This document shows positions 22,301 to 31,800 of a stretch of 42,965 bases of DNA, piece by piece; position 1 is the stretch's first letter; each line of letters opens with the position of its first letter. The notes beneath the pieces are model-generated. The model worked only from the letters and a program-made list of their open reading frames with translations, did no database searches and was not told where the DNA came from. The stretch lies in NCBI RefSeq assembly GCF_018977255.1, contig NW_024704749.1, forward strand, positions 21,142,001-21,184,965, given 5' to 3'. The translations under genes were made by a program, and so were the position numbers. The stretch comes from Callorhinchus milii. Lineage: Eukaryota.

Positions 22301-23649
22301 GTTCCAGAGGGTGGGGGCAGAAAGGCTGAAGGTCCCACCGCTGATGGTGGGGCGGGCAGGGCCGGGGACACGGATCAGGTCGCTGAGCGTTTAAATGAAA
22401 CACCATTTAACCTCTTGATGTAAAAACAGCCAAGCGCCCAGATGTGACCCCACTCTCACACCTGTTTGGAAAGTGCTTCCAGGTCGTGGTCCTGGACACT
22501 GTCTTCTCGCAGGTGAAGCCGCATCAGCCGGGTGCTGCGATGGTCTGAGAAGAGGCTGAAGAAGCTCTCGTGGGGCTCGAAGCCATGGTCTGTGTTCACC
22601 AGCTCCATGTACCTGGGAGGACACAGTTACACCGCAGTGGACGGTGGTTAGCCAGAGCAAGTCACAGGACCTTCAGTGTAGACTTTTAACAATTTGCACC
22701 CATGATGGATTGACAACAACAACTAACATTTACGCAACTCTTTTCACGTCAGGAGGACGTCCCAAGCGCTGGACAGGCAGGGATTTGGACCCGAGCTGGG
22801 GGTGGGGATCAGGAGGGGTGGAGGGCAGGGATGGTGGGGATAGAAGGGTGACTGAAGACACAGTCGAAGAAGATCTTCAGACGGGCCTTGAAGGAGTCAA
22901 GGGAGGGAGGGGGCGAGGTGGAGGGACTGTGACATTCACATCTCAAGAGCAGCATAAACCCATCAGGGCGCCCCCTACTGATACTACCGATTGCCACAGC
23001 GGCCATTATAATAATAATAATAATAATCCTTGCATTTTTCATACAGCGCTTTTCACGTCTTCTCGACGTCTCACAGCGCTTCACAGAATAGACAGTAAAG
23101 TGAATTGACCGTATATTTGTGGGCGAAATGCGGCAGCCAATTGCGCACAGCAGTGTCCCACAAACAGTCATGGATTGAAGTGACCAATTTATTATTGTTT
23201 TTCAGAGGGATTATTATTATTAGGCGTGTGGAGTAAGGAAACTTGCTCAAGGTTTCGCCCTGCTGGGAAACCTTGGGCAAGTTTCCTTACTCCACACACC
23301 TAATAATAATTAGGCTGTCAGGCTGTCAGTTGCACAACTGTTGCACTTTGATAGTCTCTGACCTTTGAAGTGATCTTTTCCTCTCAACTCCTGTTAACAC
23401 TACAAGCCAAAGTACTAACGGGTAAGGTGGTTTTTGCACGTGTCAGATACCCGGCTGACCAAGAAACTAAAACTAAAGCCCCTGAACTCACATGTTGACG
23501 AGCCGGTCGCAGATTTCGCTCGGCAGAAAGACGTCGGGGTGCAGTCGAAGCCTCTCATTGTCCTGCAGGTAGCACAGGGTACTCTCCAGGTTACGCAGGC
23601 AGTACTCAGTGCACACAGTCATCAGCGATTCTGGGCTGTATGACGCCAT
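7844..23649 (-). CDS. ZER1: ZER1 (protein zer-1 homolog, CRL2 E3 ligase substrate receptor, LRR+ARM repeats); 15 coding exons, 2304 nt, 767 aa
   Basis: Hand-spliced GT-AG exons with consistent phases: 23649-23492, 22612-22462, 21703-21261, 20023-19847, 18950-18836, 15563-15417, 13933-13760, 13256-13041, 12727-12686, 12594-12475, 12130-12015, 11156-10968, 10244-10147, 8937-8835, 7898-7844. Protein [10 protein letters not shown]...MDTSR* matches recalled vertebrate ZER1 (human MASDTPESLM...MDTSR). Confidence 0.96.
8074..8445 (+). mobile_element. Full-length tRNA-headed SINE
   Basis: A box (tagagtggtgg), B box (ggttcaattcc), Deu-like core, tail tatcaaatgcaag(tta)n. Confidence 0.85.
8835..8937 (-). 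CDS. ZER1: ZER1 coding exon 14 ([17 protein letters not shown]...KAMAR)
   Basis: ORF 8675..8968; ctgcag| acceptor and AG|gtacgt donor. Confidence 0.94.
9045..9535. mobile_element. Minus-strand SINE (about 9157-9465) nested in a plus-strand SINE
   Basis: Host breaks at cagtcaattcaattta and resumes at cagtgtattccgtgaagcgc. Confidence 0.85.
10147..10244 (-). CDS. ZER1: ZER1 coding exon 13 ([32 protein letters not shown])
   Basis: Manual translation; ttgcag| acceptor and C|gtaagt donor. Confidence 0.94.
10332..10709 (-). mobile_element. Non-autonomous Tc1/mariner-superfamily element (MITE)
   Basis: About 29-bp imperfect TIRs (cagggtgtccacaaagtcctgtaacccct / aggggtaacaggacttggtggacacccca) flanked by TA on both sides; interior resembles a transposase C-terminus. 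Confidence 0.85.
10968..11156 (-). CDS. ZER1: ZER1 coding exon 12 ([22 protein letters not shown]...RNINYR)
   Basis: ORF 10964..11248; ttacag| acceptor and AG|gtaggg donor. Confidence 0.95.
11195..11897. mobile_element. Plus-strand full-length SINE (about 11426-11757) nested in a minus-strand full-length SINE
   Basis: Host splits at ggttcctact|tactgccaggtaaac, which is contiguous in the copy near 13531. Confidence 0.88.
12015..12130 (-). CDS. ZER1: ZER1 coding exon 11 ([22 protein letters not shown]...ISVF)
   Basis: ORF 11840..12097; ttccag| acceptor and AG|gtcagt donor. Confidence 0.95.
12475..12594 (-). CDS. ZER1: ZER1 coding exon 10 ([27 protein letters not shown]...DCLN)
   Basis: ORF 12406..12606; WNITDE motif of the ZER1/ZYG11 ARM substrate-binding region. 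Confidence 0.96.
12686..12727 (-). CDS. ZER1: ZER1 coding exon 9 ([14 protein letters not shown])
   Basis: 42-nt exon, ttccag| acceptor and GTG|gtaagt donor. Confidence 0.92.
12759..12934. other. Assembly gap (176 N) in a ZER1 intron
   Basis: Run of N; flanking exons splice in phase, so no coding sequence appears to be missing. Confidence 0.99.
13041..13256 (-). CDS. ZER1: ZER1 coding exon 8 ([22 protein letters not shown]...KMGFVT)
   Basis: ORF 12582..13271; ctgcag| acceptor and ACG|gtatgt donor. Confidence 0.95.
13335..13673 (-). mobile_element. Full-length tRNA-headed SINE
   Basis: Head gagtcccgtagtgtagtggttag (tRNA-Val-like), core and tail. Confidence 0.85.
13760..13933 (-). CDS. ZER1: ZER1 coding exon 7 ([27 protein letters not shown]...YQEVT)
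   Basis: ORF 13748..13930; ctgtag| acceptor and ACG|gtgagt donor. Confidence 0.95.
14145..14499 (-). mobile_element. Full-length tRNA-headed SINE
   Basis: Head gagtccggtagtgtagtggttagc, core and tail. Confidence 0.82.
14830..15195 (+). mobile_element. L2 LINE 3' fragment
   Basis: [12 protein letters not shown]...[11 protein letters not shown]; tail cagcgccttaggacgtccctcctgacgtgaaaggc. Confidence 0.85.
15417..15563 (-). CDS. ZER1: ZER1 coding exon 6 ([23 protein letters not shown]...LRALQ)
   Basis: ORF 15345..15584; ttccag| acceptor and CAG|gtgaga donor. Confidence 0.95.
16210..18130 (-). mobile_element. Degraded L2 LINE with RT domain, interrupted by an opposite-strand L2 (about 17016-17487)
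   Basis: [13 protein letters not shown] (YADD-type RT motif) ...LSDI resumes after the insert as [11 protein letters not shown]; C-terminal LHWLP/FKILVL; tail near 16215. Confidence 0.9.
17016..17487 (+). mobile_element. L2 LINE 3' fragment nested in an older L2
   Basis: ORF 16911..17447 [24 protein letters not shown]...[10 protein letters not shown]; stem-loop tail and (TTG)n. Confidence 0.9.
18836..18950 (-). CDS. ZER1: ZER1 coding exon 5 ([24 protein letters not shown]...HIPAYK)
   Basis: ORF 18752..18973; tgctag| acceptor, AAG|gtgagt donor. Confidence 0.93.
18985..19340 (+). mobile_element. Second MITE copy, opposite orientation
   Basis: TA-caaggtgtc...acaaagtcatgttaccc left TIR; ggtaacaggactttgtggacagccctg right TIR; interior homologous to 10332-10709. 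Confidence 0.82.
19612..19835. repeat. Minisatellite (CCCCCCCAGCACACACCCAC)n, about 20-22 nt unit
   Basis: About 10 tandem copies ending about 12 nt from the ZER1 donor at 19846. Confidence 0.92.
19847..20023 (-). CDS. ZER1: ZER1 coding exon 4 ([21 protein letters not shown]...ALGPG)
   Basis: ccgcag| acceptor, AG|gtgagg donor; manual translation shows LRR segments. Confidence 0.93.
20661..21253 (+). mobile_element. CR1 LINE 3' end, interrupted by an L2 fragment (about 21000-21185, minus strand)
   Basis: ORF 20728..20982 [10 protein letters not shown]...[15 protein letters not shown] is a typical CR1 ORF2 C-terminus; 3' UTR ends gaatggcctcctgttcctatgttcct. Confidence 0.9.
21261..21703 (-). 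CDS. ZER1: ZER1 coding exon 3 ([21 protein letters not shown]...MQLSNLR), leucine-rich repeats
   Basis: ORF 21257..21700; ctccag| acceptor; AG|gtaacg donor. Confidence 0.95.
22095..22375 (-). mobile_element. L2 LINE 3' fragment
   Basis: [11 protein letters not shown] and tail ggacgtcccaaggcg. Confidence 0.8.
22462..22612 (-). CDS. ZER1: ZER1 coding exon 2 ([23 protein letters not shown]...ALSKQ)
   Basis: cccag|G acceptor, CAG|gtgtga donor, phases fit neighbours. Confidence 0.93.
23005..23310 (-). mobile_element. SINE with 5' inverted duplication
   Basis: SINE core and tail followed by 44-bp inverted arms 23213-23256 / 23267-23310. Confidence 0.85.
23492..23649 (-). CDS. ZER1: ZER1 coding exon 1 ([25 protein letters not shown]...DRLVNM)
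   Basis: ATG at 23649 (a second in-frame ATG lies 6 nt upstream); donor AT|gtgagt; homology to ZER1 N-terminus. Confidence 0.93.
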
Positions 23650-23789
23650 GTCCATTCCCCCAACATTCACAACGAAGAGAATGAGACTGGGCGGCGAGAG
23701 ACTGCGGAGGTCAGAGTCACACATTCAGGAGAGACAGGAGCTTTGGTGAGATGCACACAGGAACCCTGAACTCTGCCGATTCATCAAAT

Positions 23790-24162
23790 GAAATAATAAT
23801 AATGCTTACATTTGGTATAGCGCTTGCCTTATCACGTCTTCGAGACGTCTCAAAGCGCTTCACAGATTATACTGTAAAATAAATTGACTGTGTATTCTGT
23901 GGGTGAAACACAGCAGCCAATTGCACACAGCAGTGTCCCACAAACAGTCACGGTTTGAGTGACCACATTTTTTAGAGGGATTGGGGGCAAATTATTACTC
24001 CCAGAAAATGATCCACCGATCGACTGGCCACCTACTTACTGCTAGGTAAACAGCTGGGTGCGGAGTAAAGAAACTTGCTTCAGGTTTTAACCTGCCCGGG
24101 TCCAAACCCGGGTCCTCTCGCCTGTGAGGCGAGCGCACTAACCACTATCCTACAAGACTCCA
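23790..24162 (-). mobile_element. Full-length tRNA-headed SINE
   Basis: Head with anticodon arm ctcgc-ctcacag-gcgag, core and tail. Confidence 0.82.
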
Positions 24163-24666
24163 GGTTTTAAACCTAAACAGCGTCACAGCTGACTTGACCT
24201 GTACTTTAACTCATTCCCACTGTAGAAAAGCACCTGCACACTGGACTCTGTAAATCATTCAGCCGCCCTTGGATGACGGGAAAACCCCGGTCGTCAAATA
24301 ACTGTTTTGCAATTGGCTTGCACGCGTCTTCCTCGTGAACCTGCCTTGGTCGTCTATCTGTATGTCCGTCTGTCCAACAGGGTCAGCTAGAAGCAGGAGC
24401 TTGCGGTCAACTGCTTCTCGTCAGCAGTCCGCAACTCGAACTCTCCACTCGGTCGGTGCTTCGGGTCAGGGCTCCCTGCTGGACATCACACGAGGTCAGG
24501 TTCAACCACAACGGCAACGACTTGCATTTCACATAGCGCCCTCCACGCGGGGCAGTGACCCGCGGCGCTGGTCAACAGTCCGCAACCGCAACAACAACGA
24601 ATTACATTTCTTTCGGCTGTCGTACCAACCACCCACCCACCCACCCGCTCACCAGGGAGAAGGGGG

Positions 24667-24697
<31 letters not shown>

Positions 24698-25081
24698 CGC
24701 GTCCCATTCTAACAATCTATCTCGGGAATTCCCACGTGTACGAGGGACGTGCGGAATTCTCAGCTTGGTTTGGAGGCTCTTAACCACGTCACCGGGTTTC
24801 CCACATGTGTCAAGACACCCGGCTGACCCCCTCCCACCAAAAAAAACACCGCCCACCCCACGGAGACACTCACTGTCTGGAGACACAGGGAGAGGAGGAA
24901 AAGGCTGTCAGGACAGGAGATGGCCTGTGACTGGAGTCGACATGGACTGTGTGTGTGTGTGTGTGTGTGTTGAGAGCGTCTCTGCTCCGGATCCCGATAT
25001 AAACCCTATAAATAAACAGACACCAGTGACTGAGGGAAGGGCCCGTGTCCCCCCCACCACCAAACACCAGACCCGGCCCCC

Positions 25082-25360
25082 TTTCTCTCTTTCTTTCCTT
25101 CCTTTCTTTCGTTCTCCCTCCCTCCCTCTTCTTCTCTCCCCCCACACCCCTTCTCCCCCACCTCTCCCCCCCCCTCTCTCTCTCTCTCTCTCCCCTCTCT
25201 CTCTCCCCCCCCCCTCTTCTCTCTCCCCCCTCCCTCTCCCCCTCTCTTCTCTCCCCCCCTCTCTCCCCTCCTCTCTCCCCCTCTCTCTCCCCCACCTCTC
25301 TCTTCTCCCCCTCTCCCCTCTCCTCTCTCCCCCTCTCCCCCCCCTCTCTCTCTCCCCTCA
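25082..25360. repeat. Polypyrimidine (CT-rich) low-complexity tract at the start of ZER1 intron 1
   Basis: Almost pure C/T on the plus strand. Confidence 0.92.
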
Positions 25361-25361
25361 C

Positions 25362-25826
25362 CTGCCGCCGCCGCCGCTGTTGCTCTCGGGTTGTCAACAA
25401 ACCACTTCGCCTCCGGGTCACTCACCGCCGACCGGGGTCCGCCACACCGGAAGTCCGGAGGGAAACCAATCCCAACCCCTCATTGACTGAGATACAACCT
25501 GAGCGGCTCCTTAGTTTATATTACCCCCGACCCCCCCCCCCCCAGCCTCACCCCCCCGACCCCCCCCCCAGCCTCACCCCCCCGACCCCCCCCAGCCTCA
25601 CCCCCGACCCCCCACCAGCCTCACCCCCCGACCCCCCCCCCCCAGCCTCACCCCCCCCAGGCTCCCCCCCAGCCTCACCCCCCACCCCCAGCCTCACCCC
25701 CCCCCCCCCCCAGTGAGTTTGGGCAGTTTATTCCCGGGAGGAGAGTGTTTTGTGATGGGAGGAACTTGATTCCAGACGGACCAGATATCAGCTTCCGGTA
25801 CCGCGCCGAAGAATAAGGAAGTGAAG
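25362..25826. promoter_or_regulatory. Bidirectional CpG-rich promoter of ZER1 and TBC1D13, including ZER1 non-coding exon 1
   Basis: CCGGAAGT (ETS/GABPA) 25447-25454, CCAAT 25466-25470, GCTTCCGGT 25791-25799, GGAAGTG near 25817; minus-strand donors GCAG|gtgagg (exon end 25362) and GGCG|gtgagt (25426). Confidence 0.8.
25525..25712. repeat. C-rich tandem repeat (CCCCCCGACCCCCCCCAGCCTCA)n inside the bidirectional promoter
   Basis: Repeated cagcctca units separated by C runs. Confidence 0.9.
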
Positions 25827-25849
25827 ATGTCGCGGCTCCACCGGACCCG
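25827..25849 (+). CDS. TBC1D13: TBC1D13 exon 1 coding part (MSRLHRTR)
   Basis: gaagATGTCG...ACC CG|gtaact; resembles recalled human MSSLHKSR. Confidence 0.88.
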
Positions 25850-28800
25850 GTAACTGAGCTCCGGGGGAGAGACCCGGGGGGGGGGGGAGAGACCCGGGGG
25901 GAGAGACCTGGGGGGAGGAGGGGAGAGAGAGACCTGGGGAGGAGGGGGGAGAGAGACCTGGGGAGGAGGGGAGAGAGACCTGGGAGGAGGAGGGAGAGAG
26001 AGACCTGGGGAGGAGGGGGTAGAGAGACCTGGGGAGGAGGGGGGAGAGAGACTGGGGAGGAGGAGGGGAGAGAGAGACCTGGGGAGAGGGGGTAGAGAGA
26101 CCTGGGGAGGAGGGGGGAGAGAGACCTGGGGAGGAGGAGGGGAGAGAGAGACCTGGGGAGGAGGGGGTAGAGAGACCTGGGGAGGAGGAGGGAGAGAGAC
26201 CTGAGGAGGAGGAGGGAGAGAGACCTGGGGAGGAGGAGGGAGAGAGAGACCTGGGAGGAGGGGGAGAGGACCTGGGGAGGAGGAGGGGAGAGACCTGGGA
26301 GGAGGAGGGGAGAGAGAGCCTGGGAGGAGGGGGTAGAGAGACCTGAGGAGGAGGAGGGGGAGAGAGACCTGAGGAGGAGGAGGGGAGAGAGACCTGGGGA
26401 GGAGGGGGGAGAGAGACCCGGGGAGGAGGAGGAGGGAGAGACCTGAGGAGGAGTGGGGAGAGACCTGAGGAGGAGGGGGGAGAGACCCGGGGAGGAGGAG
26501 GAGGGAGAGAGACCTGGGGAGGGGGGGGTGAGAGAGACCCGGGGAGGAAGGGTGGGAGAGAGACCCGGGGATGGGGGGGTGGGAGAGACACCCGGGGAGG
26601 GAGTGGGGGGTGGGAGAGACACCCGGGGAGGGAGTGGGGGAGAGGGAAAGATCCGGGGAGGTGGGGGGAGAGGGCCCCAGAGAGAGAGAGAGAGAGAGTC
26701 TCAGGCCCCAGAGGGAGCGAGAGAGACATTGTCCCAAGAGAGAAAGAGACTGCCCCAGGGAAGGAGAGAGAGAGAGAGAGAGATCCAGACCTGAGAGACT
26801 GAGGAAGAAGCCTGAGCCCAGGAAGTCGGATCCTCAGAGTAGATTAATCCCGAATGTTGTGTTTACCGGTTGCATTTTGTTTCAGAGTTGCCGAGTTCCG
26901 AGATGCTTTGGATGAACCAAACATCAGCCTCGTCAGACTGCGAGAGCTGTGCTTCAGTGGTAAGTTGTGCAGCTTCGTGCCTCAGCATTGGCTTCCGTTT
27001 CCCTAACAATAATTTTGCTTTTGGGAGAACCCGGTGTTGTAGATGACCCGTGAGGTGGTCATCATGTTGTAATCGCCTTACAAAGCACAGTTACTACACC
27101 TTGCAGCGAATCCTACGAAGCACTTTGAGATGTCTTCCTGCGTGAAAGATATTATATCAAATGTAAGGATTATTATATCTGGATCAAGCTTTTCTTTTTG
27201 TAAAATGCTCCTCAGTCAATCAAGAAGATGAAAAGTTCTATCTTGGTCTCAGCTGCGCTTAAATTCATTCATAAACTGGTGTTATTCGTTAAGAATCGCG
27301 CACAATTAATAATAAAAATAGTCCTTGCATTTGATATAAAGTCTTATCGCATTGTTGTGATAGCTGAAAGTGCTTCACAGAATGTACTGTGAAGTGTAGT
27401 GACTGCATATTTGTACGGGCGAACAGACTGTGAACAGACTTTGCTCCCACTTTAGTAAATCGTAATCCGTGGAATAAACTTCACCCGAATCTGTTGCCAT
27501 GTGATGTCTGTAACATCATAACATTTGTACCCTCCTGTTTCTGCCACAGGGATCCCTTTTGAAGGGGGACTACGTTCCATTTGTTGGAAGGTGAGAAACT
27601 TGCTTCATTTCCTGGTGGGTGGGGCGGTGGGGGGAAGGGTTCTAGTGACAGACCACATTGACCTCACACCCTCCATACCCAGCCCAACTCCCTCCAATCT
27701 CGGGGCCTTTGTTAAAGTGCTTTTAAGGCACGTTCCTAACGTGAAAGCCACCGTCACCTTGGCAGCGGAGTCTCCTTGGAGCTGAACTGGCTCCGGATGA
27801 CATGTCTGGCAACGGAATGTCAAAATCGAGCCAGCCCTCTGTGTCGTTCTTGGTAGTGCAGTTCTTAAGCCAGGCAGGTCTACAGTATTCCAGGGCACTG
27901 CTGATGACAGCACAGCCAGCCTGGCTCATCGGCATGACCTGGAAGGGCAGACCAGTCACTGGGGGCAGGGAGTCATCCGACTCAGCACCTGTTAACCCTG
28001 CAAGCCAAAGCCCTGATGGCCAAGGTGGTCCAAGCTGGACAGGCAGCAGAAAAGCTTGCCAGGCAGAGCTACCTATGGCAAGTTATGTGGTTTTAGCTGG
28101 TTAAACTCCAGCGGTTACCTCAGTGTACACTCTAGGAACCCCCAAGCCTTGGCTCTTGACAACCTTGGGTGGTGGGGGGGGATTTGCCTCAAAAGCATTC
28201 TCATCCAGTTTGTTGCTACAGAACCTCAAGCTGCTGGGTTTGACAGCAATAAACCGTCACCCTCCCAATTGCTTTATTTCCCTGCAGCAATTTACAAAGT
28301 GACGTAAAAATTCCATAATTTCTTATCTCTTCACAGATCCTGCTGAATTACCTGCCCACGGAGCGGGATCAGTGGAGCTGCTTCCTGAAGAAACAGAGGT
28401 GACATGTTTCTTTCAATTGTATGTTAACAAGATGTTGGGAGGTGTCAGCCGACCTGTGCCTGACTGAGGTGTTGTGTTTACACATATAGTGCCTGGGGAG
28501 GGCTTAAGTTTACCCATAGTGTCAGGGGTGTTGAAATACAGGAGGGTTTTAAGGCAATGAAACAGCGCCTTGGGACGTCCTCCCGATGTGAAAGGCGCTT
28601 TACATATGTAACTTATTGTTGTTCTAAACACATTCACTGTGAGGTTTTGAATTTCAGGGAGGTTTACACACAGTTCCTGAAAGAGCTGATAATACAGCCG
28701 GGAATCGCTAAAGCCAATCTGGGTTTCTCCCGTGAGGACGTTACACTGGAAGATCATGTGAGTGTCCAGTTACTGCGTGGAAAGGAATTTCTCATTTTCC

Positions 28801-31800
28801 CCCTGCCCTGTGCACTTATCCTCTCCCCAGGGATTTGTGTCCCTGTTCTTTTCCCCAACCCCCCACCACAATGTTGCTGTAAATGTGTGTTCGTGTGTTT
28901 CCCACTTGCGTGTAAGACATAAAGAATCTGTTCTTAAATCAGGTGAGAGTCGGTCAATCTCATTGAAGTGCGATCCTCCCCTTATTTGAAATGCTGTACG
29001 CTGTCCAGCGCCTTGGGGCGTCCTCCCGACATGAAAGGCGCTGTACAGATGTAATGTTGTTGTTTCTCAATCTCCAGATCTTGTATCTTATCTAATTTGG
29101 TCTCTGTCTCTGAAACAGCCATTGAACACCAACCCGGACAGTCGATGGAACACATACTTTAGGGATAATGAAGTTCTTCTGCAGATTGACAAGGATGTGC
29201 GGTAAGTGAAGACAGCTGGGTTACTTGTGTAGTTTCCTCTCCACTTGTGTCATCGTCATCTCTCTCTCTCTCTGTGACTCATGTTTGCTTGTCTGTCTTT
29301 GCACTGGGGAGTCTCTCTTTTTGTGCTCCACCACTGTCAAGCGCTCTGGGACGGTACTCTGCGTGAGGGGCGCAATATAAATGCAAGTAGTCGTTGATTT
29401 CCTTGAGTGATCTCACTCCTCTTTCTCTGTCTGTGCGTGGTCAGTCAGTGTCTGCCCTTACCCCCACCCTCCCTGTCCTCTACACCTTCTGATCCAAACC
29501 CCCAGCTTGTGTCTAAATCCCTGATTGTCCAGCACCTTGGGACGTCCTCCCGACGTGAAGGGCGCTGTGTAAGTGTAATTTGTTATTGTCGTCTCTGCCT
29601 GTCTCACGGTTCCTCTACCTCGGCCCCTTTCCCAGGAGGCTGTACCCAGACATGGCGTTTTTCCAGCGCCCGACCGACTACCCGTGCCTCCTGATCATGG
29701 ACCCACAGAACGACTACGAAACATTGCGGCGACGGGTGGAACAGACGACGCTGAAAGCTCAGACCGTGGCGCACAACCGCAGTGGGGTCACTAACGTAAG
29801 GAATCCCCCACGACTTTGTGCAGCCAGTTCTGTCCCCTCACTTGCACCCCCTTCAGCTGTTACTCTGATCGGTAGAACCTTAAAACTCTGCAGCTTGAAG
29901 GAAAGCCATTCGTCCCGTTGTGGCTGAGCTGGCTCTTTCCATTCTCTCTCCTCGGCCACCTACACCTCCTCCCAAGATCATCCTGGACCCTCCCTCCCTC
30001 CAGCCTCACTTCCCACTCCAGATGTGAGGAGGTCATCAGACTTCCCGGTGTCCTAAATCAATAAATAATGTGGTCACTTGATCCACGACTGTTTGTGGGA
30101 CAGTTGCTGGGCGCATTTGGCTGCCATGTTTCACCCAAAAAGTATACAGTCGATCCGCTTTACGTTTTTTTCCTGTGAAGCGCTTTGAGACGTTTCGAAG
30201 ACGTGATAAGGCGCTGTATCAAATTCATGGATTAGTATTAGAATTAAAATTGACCAGTTTTATTCTGTTTAGCTGACACCACTTATGAACTCTCCCGAAA
30301 TCTCTCGGCCTCGCTCGCCCCTTCTCCCTCCTCTCGGTTCAGTTTCTGCAAAATACTTTGATGCAAAAAAAAAGGTTTCTTTTAGCAAATAACATTATGG
30401 GATATAGTACATAGGTAGTTCGGGACATATGTGCATGCGACCACCAGGAAGGTGGAAGGTGAACTAGATGGACCTTGGTCTTTTTTCGTCTAGTATATCT
30501 TATGTTCTTCACGTTTTCGAGACACCTCACCCCCTTCTCTTGCCTCCTTCAAGTCCCATCTAAAGACTTCCCTCTTCAACTGTGCCTTCGGCCACCCTAA
30601 CCCCCCTGCCCTCCACCCCTCCTGACCCCCAACTCCCAGCTCAGGTCCAAAAACCCCTGAGTGTCCAGTGCCCTGGGACGTCTTTCTGATGTGAGGGGCG
30701 CTGTACAAGTGTAATTTGTTGTAGTTTTTAATGTTATGCATTTCTCCCAGTGCTGTCTGTTGACGTGTAGATTGTCTGACGTGTCTGCAGGTCTCCTCAC
30801 CCCGGAAAGTGCCCTCCTCGAGCGAGTACGAAGTGCTGCCTGAGGGCTGCGAGGCTCACTGGGAGGTGGTGGAGAGGATCCTGTTTATCTACGCCAAGCT
30901 GAACCCAGGCATCGCGTATGTCCAGGGCATGAACGAGATCGTGGGACCGGTTTACTACACGTTCGCGACTGACCCCAACACAGAGTGGAAAGGTTAGCAC
31001 CGGGAGCTTTCATATCCTACCGCCTAACTTCTAGAACTCTCTCCTTTTACCTTAGGCGAGTTTTCTAACTCCACACGCCTCTGTTTACTTAGCAGTAAGT
31101 AGGAACTTGGTTGTTAGTCCATTGGCAGATCGCTTTCTGGGGGTAATTATCCCTCAAAAAAAAGTGGTCACTCAGTCCATGACTGTTGGTGGGACACTGC
31201 TGTGTTTCTCCCACAATATACAGTCAATTCACTTTTTACGGTATATTCCATGAAGTACTTTGGGACATCTCAACGACGTGATAAGGCGCTAAATCAAATG
31301 CAAGGATTATTATTGTTAGAGTACGGACTTAATACAGAGAAAAACTCAAGTAGTAAGTAGTAGTGTTACTACTATTATAAGCCTACCTCTTTGACCATGT
31401 CCACTCTCCACCCCCCCCCCCCCCCCCACCCACCCTTTTGCTTGGTGTCCATCCCTCTGTCCGAGAAGCGGCTATTGTCTGAGGTTTTGACCTGTTCCCA
31501 CGCTGTGATTGTCAGAGCACGCTGAGGCCGACACCTTCTTCTGCTTCACCAGTCTGATGTCTGAGATCAGGGACAACTTCATCAAGAGCCTCGACGACTC
31601 CCAGTGCGGAATCAGCTACAGGATGGAGAAGGTTTACTCCACCCTCAAAGAGAAGGACCTGGATCTCTACTTGAAACTGGTGAGGAACCGCCCGAGGAAC
31701 ACCATCACCAACAACTTGCATTTATATATTCGCCCACAAAAATATACAGTCCATTCACTTCACCCCGTGAGGCGCTTTGAGGCGTCTCGAAGACGTGATA

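Noticed and set aside
25862-26640. CRISPR-like regularly spaced repeats
   Set aside because: Eukaryotic intron; the spacers are non-unique G/A runs and there are no cas genes.
24555-26915. Long Pro/Ser/Leu- or Gly/Glu/Arg-rich ORFs (up to 347 aa)
   Set aside because: Open in several frames on both strands because the CT-rich tract and minisatellites lack stop codons; no splice or codon evidence.
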